A stretch of 64,000 nt of DNA, taken from contig CM060734.1 of the NCBI GenBank assembly GCA_030704615.1, forward strand, positions 8,804,001 through 8,868,000, in the 5' to 3' direction. This DNA comes from Takakia lepidozioides (taxonomy: Eukaryota; Plantae; Bryophyta). The notes under the pieces are model-generated. The model was not told where the DNA came from. It saw nothing but the letters and a program-made list of their open reading frames with translations, and made no database searches. The position numbers were made by a program, and so were the translations under genes. This document shows positions 1 through 12,299 of the stretch, piece after piece; position 1 is the stretch's first letter; each line of letters begins with the position of its first letter.

Positions 1-2980
1 TGCTGCCTCCTCTGCTTTCAGTTTTGCCGCGTCCTCTGGTTGGGGATCCAAATGCGCCTTCATAGCTCGGGCATTCGCTTCCTTCTTCAAGTTAACCTCC
101 GAGAGGTCAACGGTCCCACTTGGGAGATCCACATACCAGGGACAGTCTACCAAATGCTCGGCATGCCACTTCTTTGCCATGACTTCTGTGTACATCGTAC
201 CACGTCCTCCACGTGTCCTCCACGCCAAGAAGAATGGTGGAACCCTTTGAATGGCTCCGGATGGAATGAGAGCAAAATTTATGTACCTGCAATCACGAGC
301 CACTTCAACAAAAATCATGTTAGTGATGCATCATGCAAGAGGAAGTTCTGAATGCAGAAGGTATTTCGGCACCGAAATACGCAATGGAGCGTGCCCCAAT
401 TACCCAGCATTCACATCTTGTAGAGGGATATTTCGGCGCCGCAATACCCACCGCTGCTTGGCTAAATTCTCAAAACTGCAAAGAGGGGGATGCATTGGCA
501 GCAGATTACCTGAACAAGACTCGCATTGCCGCTTTGTCGGCACCCTCCTGCTCTTCTATGTATACGTTGCGTCTTGCCTTTGCAATTTCTCCGAAAAAGA
601 GGTTTGCGAAGCTCCCTCGCCAGGACTACACGTAGTTCTCCATTGTCTTCGGTTTCGTCCAGTCGATCTGCAACTTGAAAGTGGTGGTGTTGCAATCCAA
701 TTGCTCCTAGGCATGGGTCAGTACCTGCAGCATTGCAGGTCTCCGAAACATTCATGAATTTGAAATTGCGATGATGTCCAACACACAGAAGAGGAGGACA
801 TTATACTTGATGCCACCAAGTCATCACATTTAGCCAGTCGTTCATTTTGTTGTCAGTTGGCTCGATGGGAAAGTGGTACAACAACTTTGTGTTTGTATGG
901 CCTTTCCAGATTTGCAGCCACCTCGTCTGTATGTCCTAACATCGGTCAGACAAAATAACCTCATCATGAGAATCGCGAGAAGACACAAAACAAGAACAAA
1001 CACATGCTAACCTTCTCCGCCGGCTCAACACATGACACTGCGATCTGATGAAGCTTCTCCATGGACATTTCCGGTTTCATGGGTCTGGAGTAATGTAGTC
1101 CTATCTCCGCCAGGAACTCGGCACCAAGGCCAGGGTCAGTGATTGCAACTTGCTTCACAAGTTTCGACCTGTACTTGGTCCGTGATTGTCTCCCTGCCTG
1201 CACAATGTGACTCTCTATCAACGCGTCCGCCTTGTTGGGGGCATCACTCTCAAATAACTGCCTTTTGGCATAGGCCAAGTCATCCCTAATGTTTGTCTGC
1301 ATTCCCATACCCAGCGGATACAGTCAGGCCACTGATCCCTGCAACAAATAGCATTAAATCGGGAAATTTGAGATGAACCTCACCGAATAGAGGATCTCCA
1401 CCATGGCGTCCAGTGTTGGTCGGTACAAGGTGCGATCCGTTTTCGCAAGGGACTTCCTGTACAGCTCGGGATCGAGGGATTTTTGGAAGTCCGTCAGCGG
1501 TGTTGTGCCCACTTCTTGCACTCTATAGAGCGTATGTGCCAGGTGAGTTTCCACGAAGGCCCTCTCTGTTACCCTGCCACGGAGAAAAAAAAAAAAAAAA
1601 AACAACATGAAACTATGATACCAAAATAACCAGATTTCAGCATAGCAATCTAATTTCCAATTCATACAGTGGGTGACAGTCAAGAACATTGCCTATTTTG
1701 GCGCCACAATAGGCACTATAGAAGGATATAGTAGTGTACTTACAGATTTATATCCGCCATGGCACCCTTCAGCAGTCCTCTGTCCCTCATGTCCACCTTC
1801 ACGACAATGCAGTCCACCATGTAATGCCAGTCGATATTTTGCGGATGCATTTCAGCTATGTACTCTGTCTAGGCAAGCATCTCGTGGTTCCCATCCCAGA
1901 CGAAGAACATCTTCTCTGCCATGTGTGTGAATGTAGGATTAGTTTTCATAGAGGCTTCAAACTCGGCATTTACAGTGTGCAAGTGGGGGCTCCAATTCTG
2001 AAGCTCCTCTGTAGTGGGGCCCCTTGTGACACCCTGGTCATTCTCAATGGAGACGTAGAATGCCGCCGATCCCCGTCTGTACCCCTCTTTGAAGTTGTGC
2101 TTCAGTCGGTCGATGTCCCCTGGCAGTGCTTGCCTTACTACTGGAAGGCTACCCATGCGACACAAAGGAACTTTCATATTCTCGGGATATACCATGGAGC
2201 CCAAAACGCGGCCTATGTTGTTATGAGTCTCTGCCAGCAACCTGTTTGCTGCTATGTTCATGTCTCATGCGCTCATGAGCATATCCGCCACCAGTTTATG
2301 ACTTCTCTCACCTCTCTCACCAACCTGTCTGCTGTCCTGGAGGTTTTGCTCCTCAGCAAGCTCCACCAGGTTGATCTCTCGGGAAGTTGTCAAGTCGCAC
2401 CACGTTGTCGTCCTCAGCTTTTGTGAGCTCAATGGGCCGGCCTTCTGCAGATCCCAGTCCGACATCTTCAGCGGCCTCCACCGCATCCGTGTCTTGTGAA
2501 ACTGCCTGCAAACCCAATATCTCGGCTTCCAGTCTCCCAAGTGGTTTTACAGGCGAAGCCATGGGCTCCTTTTGCTTCCTCGGCTTCCGGACTCTAGGTG
2601 GGCTTTTCTGAGGCGATTTCTGAGGTGTTCTGTGAGGAGTCGCCTGCCTCGATGCAGTTCCAGCTTGCGAGCGCAGCACCCGGGTAGAAGTATCCAAAGT
2701 TGACTGTGTTGGGTCGCCTCCCTGCGATCATTCCCCAGCTCCCATGTCAAACAAACAAGAAAACATGGCACATTGCACGCAAAAAAATAGGTGTAAAAGG
2801 AATAGTGCGTATGGAGGGCTTCACATCCGCGAAGCACGAATCTCTCACTGGTAGGCGATCCGAGTCTCCGGATAACGAGGTCTACATTTCTTGCATGAGA
2901 CGGAGCTTCAGTCGTGTCATCGGCAGCTTCCCAAAATCCCGCGTCCTCCTTCTCTGCGCCGGAGTCGCCTGACCTTCCAC
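1..2980 (-). pseudogene. Accessory gene copy A: ParB/Srx-like domain protein, multi-exon, runs off the left window edge
   Basis: GT-AG exons in compatible phases: ~2700-1744 (LCRMGSLPVVRQAL...FFVWDGNHEMLA*...GAMADINL), 1573-1384, 1296-1012, ~926-807, 724-510, 286-1 (PPFFLAWR...PWYVDLP). The 285-nt and 215-nt exons match copy C in length. In-frame TAG stops are present. Confidence 0.8.
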
Positions 2981-3409
2981 AAACTCTAGGCTAACACTAT
3001 GATGCATAAGGAGAGAAAACGTAGAAGAATGTCACCGCAGAAGGGCAAGGAGCAAGAGAGCAAAGCGGTGGAACATGCAACGACTATGCACGAGCAGATG
3101 TGCAAGCAGCCACGTCTCCCCAAGCGTTGCCACCATCCACTACTTTCCGCCGTATGGGTGATGAAGAGATTGCGACCCCTGACACGTTCGGACGGATGAA
3201 GTCGCCTAGAACGCGACGCGTGCCTGTTCAAGCCACTAGTAGAAGACGCTTTATCCGAATTGTTGCGCCGAAATACCGTTCCGTTCACCGGATACTATTC
3301 CCGGAGCAGCCGGCATTGAATGCACTATCCGCACATCATGAAACCCAACCGCCATGAAATCAAACCGCCAACCGACATTCAACAGTCAGGTCGGATGTTT
3401 CATCCACGG

Positions 3410-4135
3410 ACGGATGAATTTCGGCGCCGAAATTCATCGCTTCCCCAATCCTCATCCGTCATGAGCACACCTGTCAGTCGGATATCGGAACCGGAATTAA
3501 TTCCGGAACAGTGCAGAACACTGCACTTGGGCACATTTCATCCATATTTCGGCGCCGAAATTCATTAAGAATATCTCCGTCCGCGCGCAGACGAGGTGAA
3601 ATCATCCATATTTTGGCGCCAAAATACATCCAACCCGAAGAGTAAACCGGCACCATGCCACGCTTTCCTGCGATCAGTGCCCCTCACGGTTGTTGTCCAT
3701 GCCTGTTGGACTTGCCATGTCTGGACTGTTAAGTATAATTTCGGCACCAAAATTATACTTTATTTGCGGCAACCTCATGTACAAAAATGACCACTTAATG
3801 GATACGATTGGTTTCAAATGAAAACAACAGCTGCAATGCAATTAATTTCCCCCTAACTTGAGAAAATATCCCCTTACGTCATTGGATAACGGCCTTTTGG
3901 AAGACATAAGGGGTTAAATGTGTCGATTTCTCCATTTAATGCAAAATATTCGTATTTTCTCTGTCTGAATGGGTTCTTTCATCCGATTTTCTGAACCTTA
4001 CATCATCCAGAAGCAAGAAGTAAGTGTCGGGTTTGATGAATTTTGGCACCGAAATTCATCCGTTACAGGAAAAATGTAATATTGGAGTTACCCTGTGCCG
4101 ACAATATGGATGAATTTTGGCGCCGAAATTCATTG
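3410..4135. repeat. Dispersed palindromes GATGAATTTCGGCGCCGAAATTCATC (type A)
   Basis: Core hexamers at 3423, 3487 (degenerate), 3551, 3615, 3743, 4045 and 4119; spacings 64, 64, 64, 128 and 74 bp. Confidence 0.85.
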
Positions 4136-4139
4136 GCAG

Positions 4140-6644
4140 GACAGCAAAAGACTTTTTCACACTCCTGGATCTCTGTCTCTTCCACTGGTATCTCCTCTGA
4201 TGTGTTGTGCCAGTCCTCATCATTAGTGGTGCTATCATCCTCCTCCATGCCAGTGAACTCATGATCTCCATGTTCTGCAATGTCCAACAGATATGCTGAA
4301 GCCGACACATTCATAATGTCATCATAGCTGTGATTTGGTTTGGATGACTCACAATCCAGCCTTGCTGTACCTTGGAGTCTCACTCCTCATATTCAACCTG
4401 GTTTATAGTGTGCAGTGGAAAATGAGCAACATCCTTGCTAGGTCCATACCAAGTATCCTCATTGTCAGCGTCTACCACTGCCCCAAACTTCTTCAAAATG
4501 TCTAGATCAAGTAACATGCGGTATGTGTCGGTATCAACAACCATGAAAGAAAGCCTGTTGGTCAGTTCTCCCACTATGACCTTCAGATGTTCAAGCTTAC
4601 CCATGGCAGTTTCTACAGCTCCAGATGCTACCCTATACGTGATATCCCTGTCACTCACTACTGAGCCCATCAGTCCCAAATCTCTCACAGTACTGGCAGA
4701 AATCACTGAGAGCATGGCTCCAGTATCTACTTGCCCCAACACCTGGTGTTCCCCTATGGTCACCATAGCATGCAGTGCCCTCACCCTACCAGTGTATGCA
4801 TATGAGACGGCAGATGCTCCCCCTTTTGACTCGCTATCCTCAAACCTGACAGTCATTTTCTTTAAAATCGGCTTGGCTGTGGCTACAGTGTTTGTGGCTT
4901 CCTTTTGTTGATGAATGGATCTCTCCACCACCTTCACCAACCCTTTCAACTTTTCAAGTTCCCCTGACATTGTCATCATGAGATCCATGGGAGAGATGGA
5001 AATCCTCCCTTTGTGTAAAAATGGCTAAGAATCCTTGACCTTGGGCCTGAATCTGGCCCTCCTACATTCCTTGGTGCACTTCTCTCACTGGTTTGGGCAG
5101 GCTCATCCCCACTTTCACCTGTATGTTCTGTCCTTACATGAGAACTTGGCAGTGGCATTAGCAATGGAGTTCCGTTCCTGGGTAGCCTGATTTCATTGAT
5201 GTTATGTTCCTTCATCAAGGCAGTCATCTCTGCCAACACTTCATCTTCATCCTCACAATAGACCTCAACAAAGTTTGTTCCAGGTGTCCCAGTTTTGGCT
5301 GTTTCCATCTTGCGGCGACAGTCACTCTCAGTGTGGCCCAACATATTGCAAAATGAGCATCTTACCCCCACACATCTCCGTCCGGTGGCCAGTCCTGTTG
5401 CATTTCCCACATGTAATATGTGTACCTCCCATTGGACAGTTGGCTGATATATGCCCTTTCTGATTGCAAATATTGCAGATGCGTCCACTGGACCAGGTGT
5501 TGTCCTGCTTGCTGAACCTTCACCAACCCCGGTTCCCTTCTCAAAGTATCTCTGCAAGGTATTTGTGAGAGTGTCGAGTCTTTTATCCAAAGGGTTTGAA
5601 TAGAACAAATCATCAACTTCCTCTCCTTCTAGGGGCTCCAATGGTGTCTCCCCCAACTTTGCCAAGCCTCTCTCTATTTCAATGGCAGTTTACAGAGCTT
5701 CATCTATGTCCGTAAACCTTCTCCCCAACATATAGCCCTCAATCATGATCTCGGGCCTTAGCCCTCCTACAAATCGTTTACGCTGTTCCAAGTCAGGTAT
5801 AGCACCTTTCATGAACAACCTACTCAGCTTATCAAAGTAAGCTTGCACTCTCTCTGTTCTCTTGCCTTATGGCATCCAGCCTCATCTTAATCTCTGCCAT
5901 GTCAACAGTTCTGAACTTGGCAGTGATGGCAGTCTGAAAATCAGCCCAATATTCAGGCCTGGGGTTCTGTTCCTGAACCACTCATCAGCCTTGGACCTAA
6001 GATTTAATCTAGCCACCTTGAACATTTTGTCCTCAGTAAAATCCTGTACATCACCAAAACATCTGGATTCTTTTTACCCAATCCTGGACATCCTCATTTT
6101 CCCTTCCATAAAATGGGGCATCAACCCCTGTTGGGCTTGTCATGCTTCCAACCTATCAAAGACTTCAAAGCAGCAACCAGAATCACTGAAGGTGAACAGC
6201 AGAATCAAACAGTGAAATGCAGGAAGCAAAAAGGAGAGTTAGTTAATTCTGCCCTCTATACCATTCCCATTCACCTTCCCTTAGCATTTCCACGCGTCCT
6301 CCCCAAGTGACCTCTCTGTCCATAGTGTTAATTTTTACCCATCTACTACCTTCTCTCATCCACAAGGCACTCGAGCTTTGCCCTCCAGCATGTATCACTC
6401 TCAAGCAAAGATCCCCATCATACAAACGCCAGGCGGGGTTGAAGAAGTACAATCTTGGCTCAGGATGAACAGCAGAGCCTCGCTGACTAAAACAAATCAA
6501 AATGTCACCAATGTTGGATTCGTCAGGGATCAAAGTACGATCACGACCAGCCATATGATGGATATACCCGCATCAACATAGAAAAGACCAAACATCAAAC
6601 ACGCCTTGAGCAGCACACACAAGATCGCAAGTGCTCTGGTACCA
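4140..6644 (-). mobile_element. Ty3/Gypsy LTR retrotransposon 5' part (gag, CCHC zinc knuckle, aspartic protease), degraded
   Basis: CSFCNMLGHTESDC knuckle (ORF 4976-5665); protease QVDTGA and LLDLDIL (ORF 4380-4988); PBS-like TGGTACCAGAGC on minus at 6633-6644, a near match to the tRNA-iMet PBS. Confidence 0.85.
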
Positions 6645-7758
6645 AAAGAAGGACCCCCACAGCGGAGCCTAATTAGCAGTAAACCCAATCATTACCCCAA
6701 CTGTAGTGGTGCCAGCCATGCTGCAGCGAAAGAGAAAACATAATTGACACAGTTACTGTACGTGTGATTGCTCACGCCTTGCCATCCTCCGAGGCTCACA
6801 GTCCACTATAGGTGTTGATACGGCCATGGGTGCCATCAAATGCAAGTTCTCACGACAATTCTTCCTTAAGTCATTTGAGCTGAGTGGTGAATACCTACCC
6901 GGCCATTACTTCCTTGATTTACATAAACCCCTTTCGTCCCATTCCAGTTATTGAAGATATCGCAAGGTTATCCAACAGGGCAGTATCACCTCACTCACCG
7001 TTAGTGCATCAGGCATGAGTACAAAGAATCATCACTAGAAGATATGCTATGAACGATGACTCCTACAATGCCCGATGACCACTGGACTTGGCTTATACAG
7101 AGCGCTATCGCTACTCGTTCAGGACCTGCCAATCGGCCATATCAACAAAATCCGAGCTCCAGCCATCTACATGCAAGCTGCACACAATAGACTGCCCATA
7201 GTGTGTGAAATCCTTGTCATATCCAATCTGTTTCCATAACCAGCAGTGCCTCACAGCTCAGAATTACATTTTTGAGTTCCAGCCACTACATCTCCCTCTA
7301 TTATCCTCTGTACCCAAAAATCACAAAGTCGCCAGCCTTTTGCCCATCGTCGGGGCCCTTTAAATACCTGCGCTCTCTCCTCTATGGCATCATGTGAACC
7401 ATCCTTCACCCACACCATGCAGACAAGAATTCTAAATGCTACAGCCTTGCCCATCTCTCTAAAAGCAAATGCCCCTTATCAGTTCATGCAATCAAAAACT
7501 GTCAGCATTCCCGCATGAGATCCTCCAAGGCCTGCCGTCCTGCTGCAACTCTCCTTCTACGCCTTGCCACCTTCGCGCCACCTTGTACATAGACTAGGAT
7601 GAACAGATGCATTACTCATCCGTTTGGCAAAACTCATCCGTTTTTCCCCTACGTCTCGTGCTGACTATAGACTCAGATGTACAGATGCGGAACTCATCCG
7701 TTTGACAAACTCATCCGTCCCACCTTCGTGCCTCGCTGACTTGACCGAGATGCAGCGT

Positions 7759-8338
7759 TCATCCGTTAATAAAATTCATCCATCCCAAAATAATCTTCAA
7801 GTCACGCCATTTAGCAGCACGGGCTATTGTCTTGCTTACCTCCTTGTGTAAGCTCTTCTCCTCTTCCCATGCCGCACTTTCTGGATATTGTTTCCGGTCT
7901 TCGTCGGATTCAGGTTCCTTGTTTCGAGGTTTCTGTTTCTTGGCCTGATTTTGGGTTACCACAAGGGTATCCACTACAGGTGTTACCACACTCACAGCCA
8001 ACTTGGTCCTGCTTCTATATTTCCCAATTCTGCCTCATGCTTGAGTCGTAATTGGCATTCGTGTTCTCAGTGTCCATCTTTCTTGCAATAGTGGCATCTC
8101 GTGGTTTCCTTGTTTCGGGGTTGATGTTCCCTATCCCTTGGTGGATAGTCATCTCGTGGCCTCTGGTAACGATTTCCCGTATTGAATCGTCTTGGTCCTT
8201 CCGTTCCTCCTCGTCGAACTTGGACTTGGTGTACCCCCACCTCTCGTGTGTACCCACTTTTCTTGGCTCGTTGATTGTAAATACAATGGTTGGTATTGTG
8301 ATTGTTCATATGACAAACATCACAAGATTTGTCCTTAT
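7759..8338 (-). mobile_element. Second retrotransposon gag fragment with two zinc-knuckle-like motifs
   Basis: CDVCHMNNHNTNHC and CHYCKKDGH*EHEC. Confidence 0.65.
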
Positions 8339-10270
8339 TTGACCATGTCAAACGCATCAAGGATTGGACAACTCTTGCATGTCATGTCTATGAGCCATAT
8401 GTCAAGCGAATGATGACCATTGCCATTTGCGATATGAAAACAAAGGATGCAGATGCTCAGGTGTTATTCTGGGAGATGATCAATGAACAAGCAAAACTTG
8501 CTGGCTTGAACAAACCAAATTTTGCTGGCTTCATGGCGGATGCAACAGGAGCAAATTGGGCTGCTATTCGAAGGGTTTATGGATCTGATCCCAATGTCCC
8601 AATGGAAGGTAAAGAAAGAACATGCTTATATCATTGGGCTGAAAGCCTCCGAAGATACACCAACGACTATATCTTGGAGGACTTCCGTGAAAAGCACACT
8701 CAGCTCTGTTATGAATGGAAAGATAGTGCTACCTTGGAGGATGCTACAACCACATACATTGCAATTCGGGCTTGGTGGCTCTCTTCAGGAGCATGCACAG
8801 AAAAGAGTCTGCTAAAACTGGATTCATGGCTTGCATGGTGGCACTACAGATATCGAATGTGGGGCCAATGGATGAGAGAGGACATGGATGTGGAGGCAGA
8901 TGCAGATATGCCTACCACTAATTTGTCTGAGGCAGTCCATTCTGCTTGGTGGAAGACAGCAGGCAATGGGAAAAAATGAAGGTGGATCTATATGAGGCCA
9001 CCATGCATGACATGTCACGAGCTCTTTTGCAGCAGGCAACATTTTACAGGCACACCACAGGAAAGACATGGGGGACGGGGCCCGACAAAGAGGAGCTCAT
9101 GTTGCGTCAAGCAGCTAGATCTAATAGCCCAACAAAAATGGGTAAGGTTGTACGTGGCATAGTAGCTAGAACACCCATGCACACAAGGGGGGTTCAATTG
9201 GAGGGAGACAATCGCACTGTTCCAATCAAACGCAAGTTAGGCGATGAGCATGGTGGGCCAAACGAATCTTGGAGGTGTGATATGAATGTAAAGACTGCTC
9301 CAATGCGCGCCACTGGGATGCCCAGTCCACACCAGCCATCTAGGTTTGTCAGCTCCAAATCAAGTCATGACATTCCTGGTTCTTCGACTTTCTGTGAGAC
9401 AAATCCACATGTTGCTATCCCTCCTCAGCCAATGCAATGGGGAAATCCAGTGAGAGAGACACAAGACTTTTCCGATGCATTGTTCAGGATTTAGCGGACA
9501 GGTCCTGCTTCCATGGTTCGTTGTTCTGCCTTGGTTGGAGTTTCCAAGGATAAATGCAAAGCGCTCATCAGGAAAGGTAAAGGAAGACCTGCACCTTGCT
9601 TCACTGGCAAGTTACTAGCACCGAACATGAAAGAACCAAAACTGCAAGTTTTTTGGTTTTGCCCCACAGATGTTTTGTCGTGTGTTGGAGGACCGTGCCA
9701 TCCTATTGCTTGGGAAAACCGGGTATACCTAACGTGTGGCCTGTGAAGGTTGGAACCAACCTTACACAAGAAGAGGTGGACAACTTGACCCTTGCAGGTT
9801 TTCGACTAGTCCATCATCCCAACGTTCCTGATCCGAACTTTCCTGTGGGACCACTTCCAGTGGAACAACATATTCATCAAGGTGTTGTCCTTCTTGTGGG
9901 TAAGTATCTTACTACACGCTATGGGGTGCGCATTTGGCGTCGGGATCCGACTCCTCGACACTTGAGTCGCCAAGAGTCAGCGGAGATTCTTATTGTTGAG
10001 GTTCGTGGATTCAGAAACGTGCCTCAGCCAGGTTATGGGAGAATTTACCAGCTACAAACAGAGGGATCTACCAAAGCAGGATTGGTTTACAATGTATACA
10101 TTGGTTAGTTTCCATCTTGTGATTGTCCCGACTTTGATGAGCTATCTGTCAAGAAGAAAAAAAACAAACATATCTACCTTGTAAGCACATGTACAACGTG
10201 CATCTAGGATGCGCCGGGGCTTATGAGATCCACCAACCTTCCCTTAGCCAGTTAGAGGTTAGGGCTATGC
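8338..10270 (+). pseudogene. MULE DDE transposase with SWIM zinc finger, copy A (5'-truncated, frameshifted)
   Basis: FDHVKR (D1), GFMADA..NWAAIRRVYG (D2), CLYHW (CxxH), PTTNLSEAVH (E); SWIM-like SCDCPDF...CKHMY at ~10110-10200. Confidence 0.85.
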
Positions 10271-10909
10271 TAAAGAAGGACCCTAGTTCAACTTCTTAGT
10301 GACACATGAAATGCACAAAAAAAGAACCTCTAACTTGTGTCGTTCATTTTCATGCATGTGACATGTATTATCTTGTTACTACTTTATTCCAAACATGACA
10401 CATAGCATTTGTTAGTACAGAAGTTCCTATTTTGGTTAAAATGGAACTTGTGTACCTGTCATACAAATTTTCAAATTATAGAACTGCTTGGCATTACAAA
10501 CAGACATGCAATGTAGTGGTTCCAAACATGACACATATGCATTTGTTAGTACAAAAGTCCATATTTTGGTTAATATGAAACTGTTTTCCTTGAATACAAG
10601 TTTGCAAACTATTACTTTGGCCAGGGATCTTGTATTCTCTTCAGTTTAAGGTGGTGCATTAGTTGGAGTTAGGGGTCACATACATCTTTGACCATTGACT
10701 ACTGATTTTGTTAGCTAAGATTTTTTATTTTTTTTCTATATACATATGATGTAACATTTGCATATGCAATAAATACGTCGTATTCTATGTTATATAACTC
10801 CACTGCATACAATCTACAATGTGTGCATACAAATTTGTCACATGCATATATAATAAGGGATTTTGTGCATGCATGCACGCAACCTGTGCATATGGAATAG
10901 CAACCCCCC

Positions 10910-12090
10910 ACTTGATGATAGCCCTTCCATTTCACGAGATACTCCGTTTCTCGATTCTTGAACCTCCTCGACTTAAGCACTGCCTCCACCTCGTACTCAG
11001 GTTCATTTTCATGATCCAACAGCACAGGTGGCGGACGCAACACTTGATGCCGATTCGGACGCGCTTCACCTTTGAAGTAAGGCTTCAAAAGGAAACGTGG
11101 AATACTGGATGCACCTTGCTGTTTGCCGGCAGCTCCAATTCATACACATCCTCATTCATAACCTTCCGGATGCAAAAGGGCCCCGCATACGGAGGTACGA
11201 ACTTTGACTCACTTCCGGAGGTAGTCGAAAATTCTTGATGTTCAACCAGACCTCCGTGCCTGCCTCAAACTTAACTTCCCTCCGCTTTTGATTCGTCTCA
11301 GTTTCCTAGCTTTGGCAATGTTGTACTTTGCGAGCTCCAACAAACGCTCATATTCTTCCAGCACCGCTGCTGCTGCCGGTTCCTCATCGTCCTGGGCGGC
11401 CCAATTTGTCGGCACCAGAGGTGCTTTTCCATAGACCAATACGAAAGGGGAAACTCATGTTGCGGAGTGTTCTGTGTTATTATAACAGAACTCTGCCGCA
11501 TCCAAGTGCTCCACCCAGTCCGACTGGTCTGCCGACACATAATTCCGCAAGATCTGCTTCACCACGGAGTTCATTCTTTCCATTTGGCCGTCCGTTGTAG
11601 GTCGGAAGGCCGTGCTCATCTTGAGCCTCGTCCCCATTTTCTTCCAAAGTGTCCTCCAAAATTTACTTGTAAACTTTGGATCGCGGTCCGAGACAATATC
11701 CTTCGGGAGTCCATTACGCTTGAAGACGTGGGCGAAGTAAAGTCGCCATATCTCCTGCACCGTTGCCGTCTCCTTGGTGGGGATGAAATGGCCCATTTTA
11801 TTGAACCTATCCACCACCACCATGATTGCATCGAATCCTTTTGACAGCGGCAAAGCAGTCATGAAATCCATATAAACACTTTCCCAAGACCCCTCTGGAA
11901 TCGGCAAGGGTTGTAACAGCCCCGCTTGCTTTTTGTACTCGCTCCGGTTTTGTTGGCATGTGGTGCATGTCTTGACATACTCCTCGGCCTCCTCCCTCAG
12001 TTTGGGCCAGAAATACTCTTTCTTCAAGAGTGTCGCGGTGCGCTTGGCTCTGCTGTGGCCCGCAAGCCCGGGGGGTGCACTCTTTATAAA
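10910..12090 (-). mobile_element. Chromovirus (Gypsy) integrase plus chromodomain fragment
   Basis: YFWPKL..CTTCQ, LLQPLPIP..WESVYMDF, SDRDPKFTSKFW, TDGQMER, GPF motif, and chromodomain EYEVEAVLKSR...YLVKWKGY. Confidence 0.92.
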
Positions 12091-12299
12091 CTGTGCGTAT
12101 CACGTGCGTTCGTCGCCTAATAAAAAAACCCCCTGTATACGGGTCCTTGGATAATTTATACCCCCTCTATACATACTTTTTGAAGATTATAAAATCCCCT
12201 CCTGTAAATATACAAAAATTTGCAATTTTTGAAAAGTACCCCCTTCTGTATGTATATTCTCATTTTTCATCATTAAAAATAACCCTCACAACCCTGGCA

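Larger units (their letters stand above)
1..10270. mobile_element. MULE-like DNA transposon copy A (accessory gene on minus, palindrome spacer, transposase on plus), interrupted by Gypsy fragments at ~4135-8338; left end lies outside the window
   Basis: Same divergent layout as copies B-D; accessory and transposase peptides align with the other copies. Linking the two halves across the Gypsy insertion is an inference. Confidence 0.7.

Noticed and set aside
3410-4135. Canonical bacterial parS sites
   Set aside because: The palindromes do not match TGTTTCACGTGAAACA; the parS comparison is a functional analogy only.
10385-10580. 133-bp-spaced direct repeat after transposase A as an element end
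   Set aside because: No similarity to the GGAGG/CATGAGC terminus and no TSD.
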